DNA from: an uncultured virus (IMG/VR IMGVR_UViG_3300031974_001836)
Lineage: Duplodnaviria > Heunggongvirae > Uroviricota > Caudoviricetes
IMG/VR virus record: IMGVR_UViG_3300031974_001836
Direction: 5' to 3' (one strand)
DNA: 64,000 nt
Position numbers and translations under genes: made by a program. Of this stretch, positions 63,399 through 64,000 are shown one piece after another. Within the stretch, counting starts at the first letter, position 1, and every line of letters starts with the position of its first letter. The notes beneath the pieces were generated by a model, which saw only the letters and a list, made by a program, of their open reading frames with translations, was not told the DNA's origin and searched no databases.

Positions 63399-64000
63399 TT
63401 ATGCAACCCTCACATATAGTGTATAGGTATCAGTAACGTGTGTTAGTGTATCACTGATCGTTGCACCTACGTAGTTACCTAGGAACGATCTTGAGTAGTT
63501 ACCCACGAAGTCACGAGCATAGTTGCCCTCAAATCCACGTGTGTAGTTACCAGTGAAATCACCTACGTATGTAGAAACACGGTCACGTGAGTATGCACCA
63601 CTGTATGCAGACGTACGGATACGAGCATAAGCAGATACACGGACACGTGCATAGTTACCTACGAAGTCACGAGAGTAAGTACCAGTGTACTCACCGACGA
63701 ATCCACGTGCGTAGTTACCCACGAAGTCACCGACAAAGTCACGAGCATATGCACCCGTGTACTCACCAGTAAATGTACGTGCGTAGTTACCTACGAAGTC
63801 ACCAGCAAATTCACGTGTGTACTGACCAGAGAACGTACGTGCATAGTTACCAGTAAAGGTGCGGTTATATGCACCAGTGTATTCACCAACGAATCCACGT
63901 GAGTAGTTGCCTACGTAATCACCAGCAAACTGACGTGAGTAAGTGCCTGAGTATGCCCCAGTGTATTCACCAACGAATGTGCGGTTGTAAGCACCAGTGT
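63399..64000 (-). CDS. partial tetrapeptide-repeat protein ([Y/F]-x-[G/R]-x)n, 5' end beyond the window
   Basis: Frame open from 63998 to the stop at 63399: TGAYNRTFVGEYTGAYSGTYSRQFAGDYVGNYSRGF...; C-terminus TYTLYVRVA. Confidence 0.85.
   Translation of the reverse strand, partial: TGAYNRTFVGEYTGAYSGTYSRQFAGDYVGNYSRGFVGEYTGAYNRTFTGNYARTFSGQYTREFAGDFVGNYARTFTGEYTGAYARDFVGDFVGNYARGFVGEYTGTYSRDFVGNYARVRVSAYARIRTSAYSGAYSRDRVSTYVGDFTGNYTRGFEGNYARDFVGNYSRSFLGNYVGATISDTLTHVTDTYTLYVRVA

Noticed and set aside
566..63772. Numerous plus-strand ORFs in the track (e.g. 4172..4756, 30031..30507, 39540..40034)
   Set aside because: They are antisense shadows of well-supported minus-strand genes, with no SD or recognisable motifs; only 5408..5692 was kept.
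63399..64000. Repeats as a CRISPR array or DGR template/variable region
   Set aside because: They are coding repeats with synonymous variation and no spacers; no adenine-specific pattern was noticed and no cas or reverse transcriptase gene is present.
1..64000. Alternative genetic code or prophage state
   Set aside because: Core genes are intact under code 11 with all three stops in use, no suppressor tRNA is present, and no integrase or host flank is seen.

Overview
The window is 64 kb of a lytic T4-like myovirus genome (Caudoviricetes). The host is probably a marine heterotrophic proteobacterium, inferred from the IscU, IbpA-type Hsp20, AOX and isocitrate lyase genes. Almost all genes lie on the minus strand. 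Reading in transcription order, the right end carries a partial tetrapeptide-repeat protein with a glycosyltransferase and an oxygenase-like gene, then fibre genes. These are followed by the neck/terminase/tail/head block (gp13-gp23, gp3), uvsY/uvsW, gp55, gp47/46, gp45/44/62 and regA. Next come a sugar-nucleotide/oxygenase cluster containing an AEP-type primase, then uvsX, gp41, iscU and gp43. The left end is an accessory region with isocitrate lyase, peroxiredoxin, PsiE, lipoproteins and seven tRNAs; an eighth tRNA lies next to an alternative oxidase gene. The most notable signals are: three dispersed paralogous HxN-type 2OG-Fe(II)-like oxygenases, one in a locus with a glycosyltransferase and a strict [Y/F]-x-[G/R]-x repeat protein (candidate virion-modification system); an ICL + AOX + IscU + Prx auxiliary set; several tandem structured-RNA motifs with compensatory changes; a beta-propeller cassette flanked by a perfect in-frame 39-bp direct repeat in a fibre gene; apparently leaderless polymerase and primase mRNAs; an orphan antisense consensus promoter; and a ROSE-like thermometer on hsp20. 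All calls come from reading motifs by eye and no database searches were run. No integrase, CRISPR array, intron or reverse transcriptase was seen.
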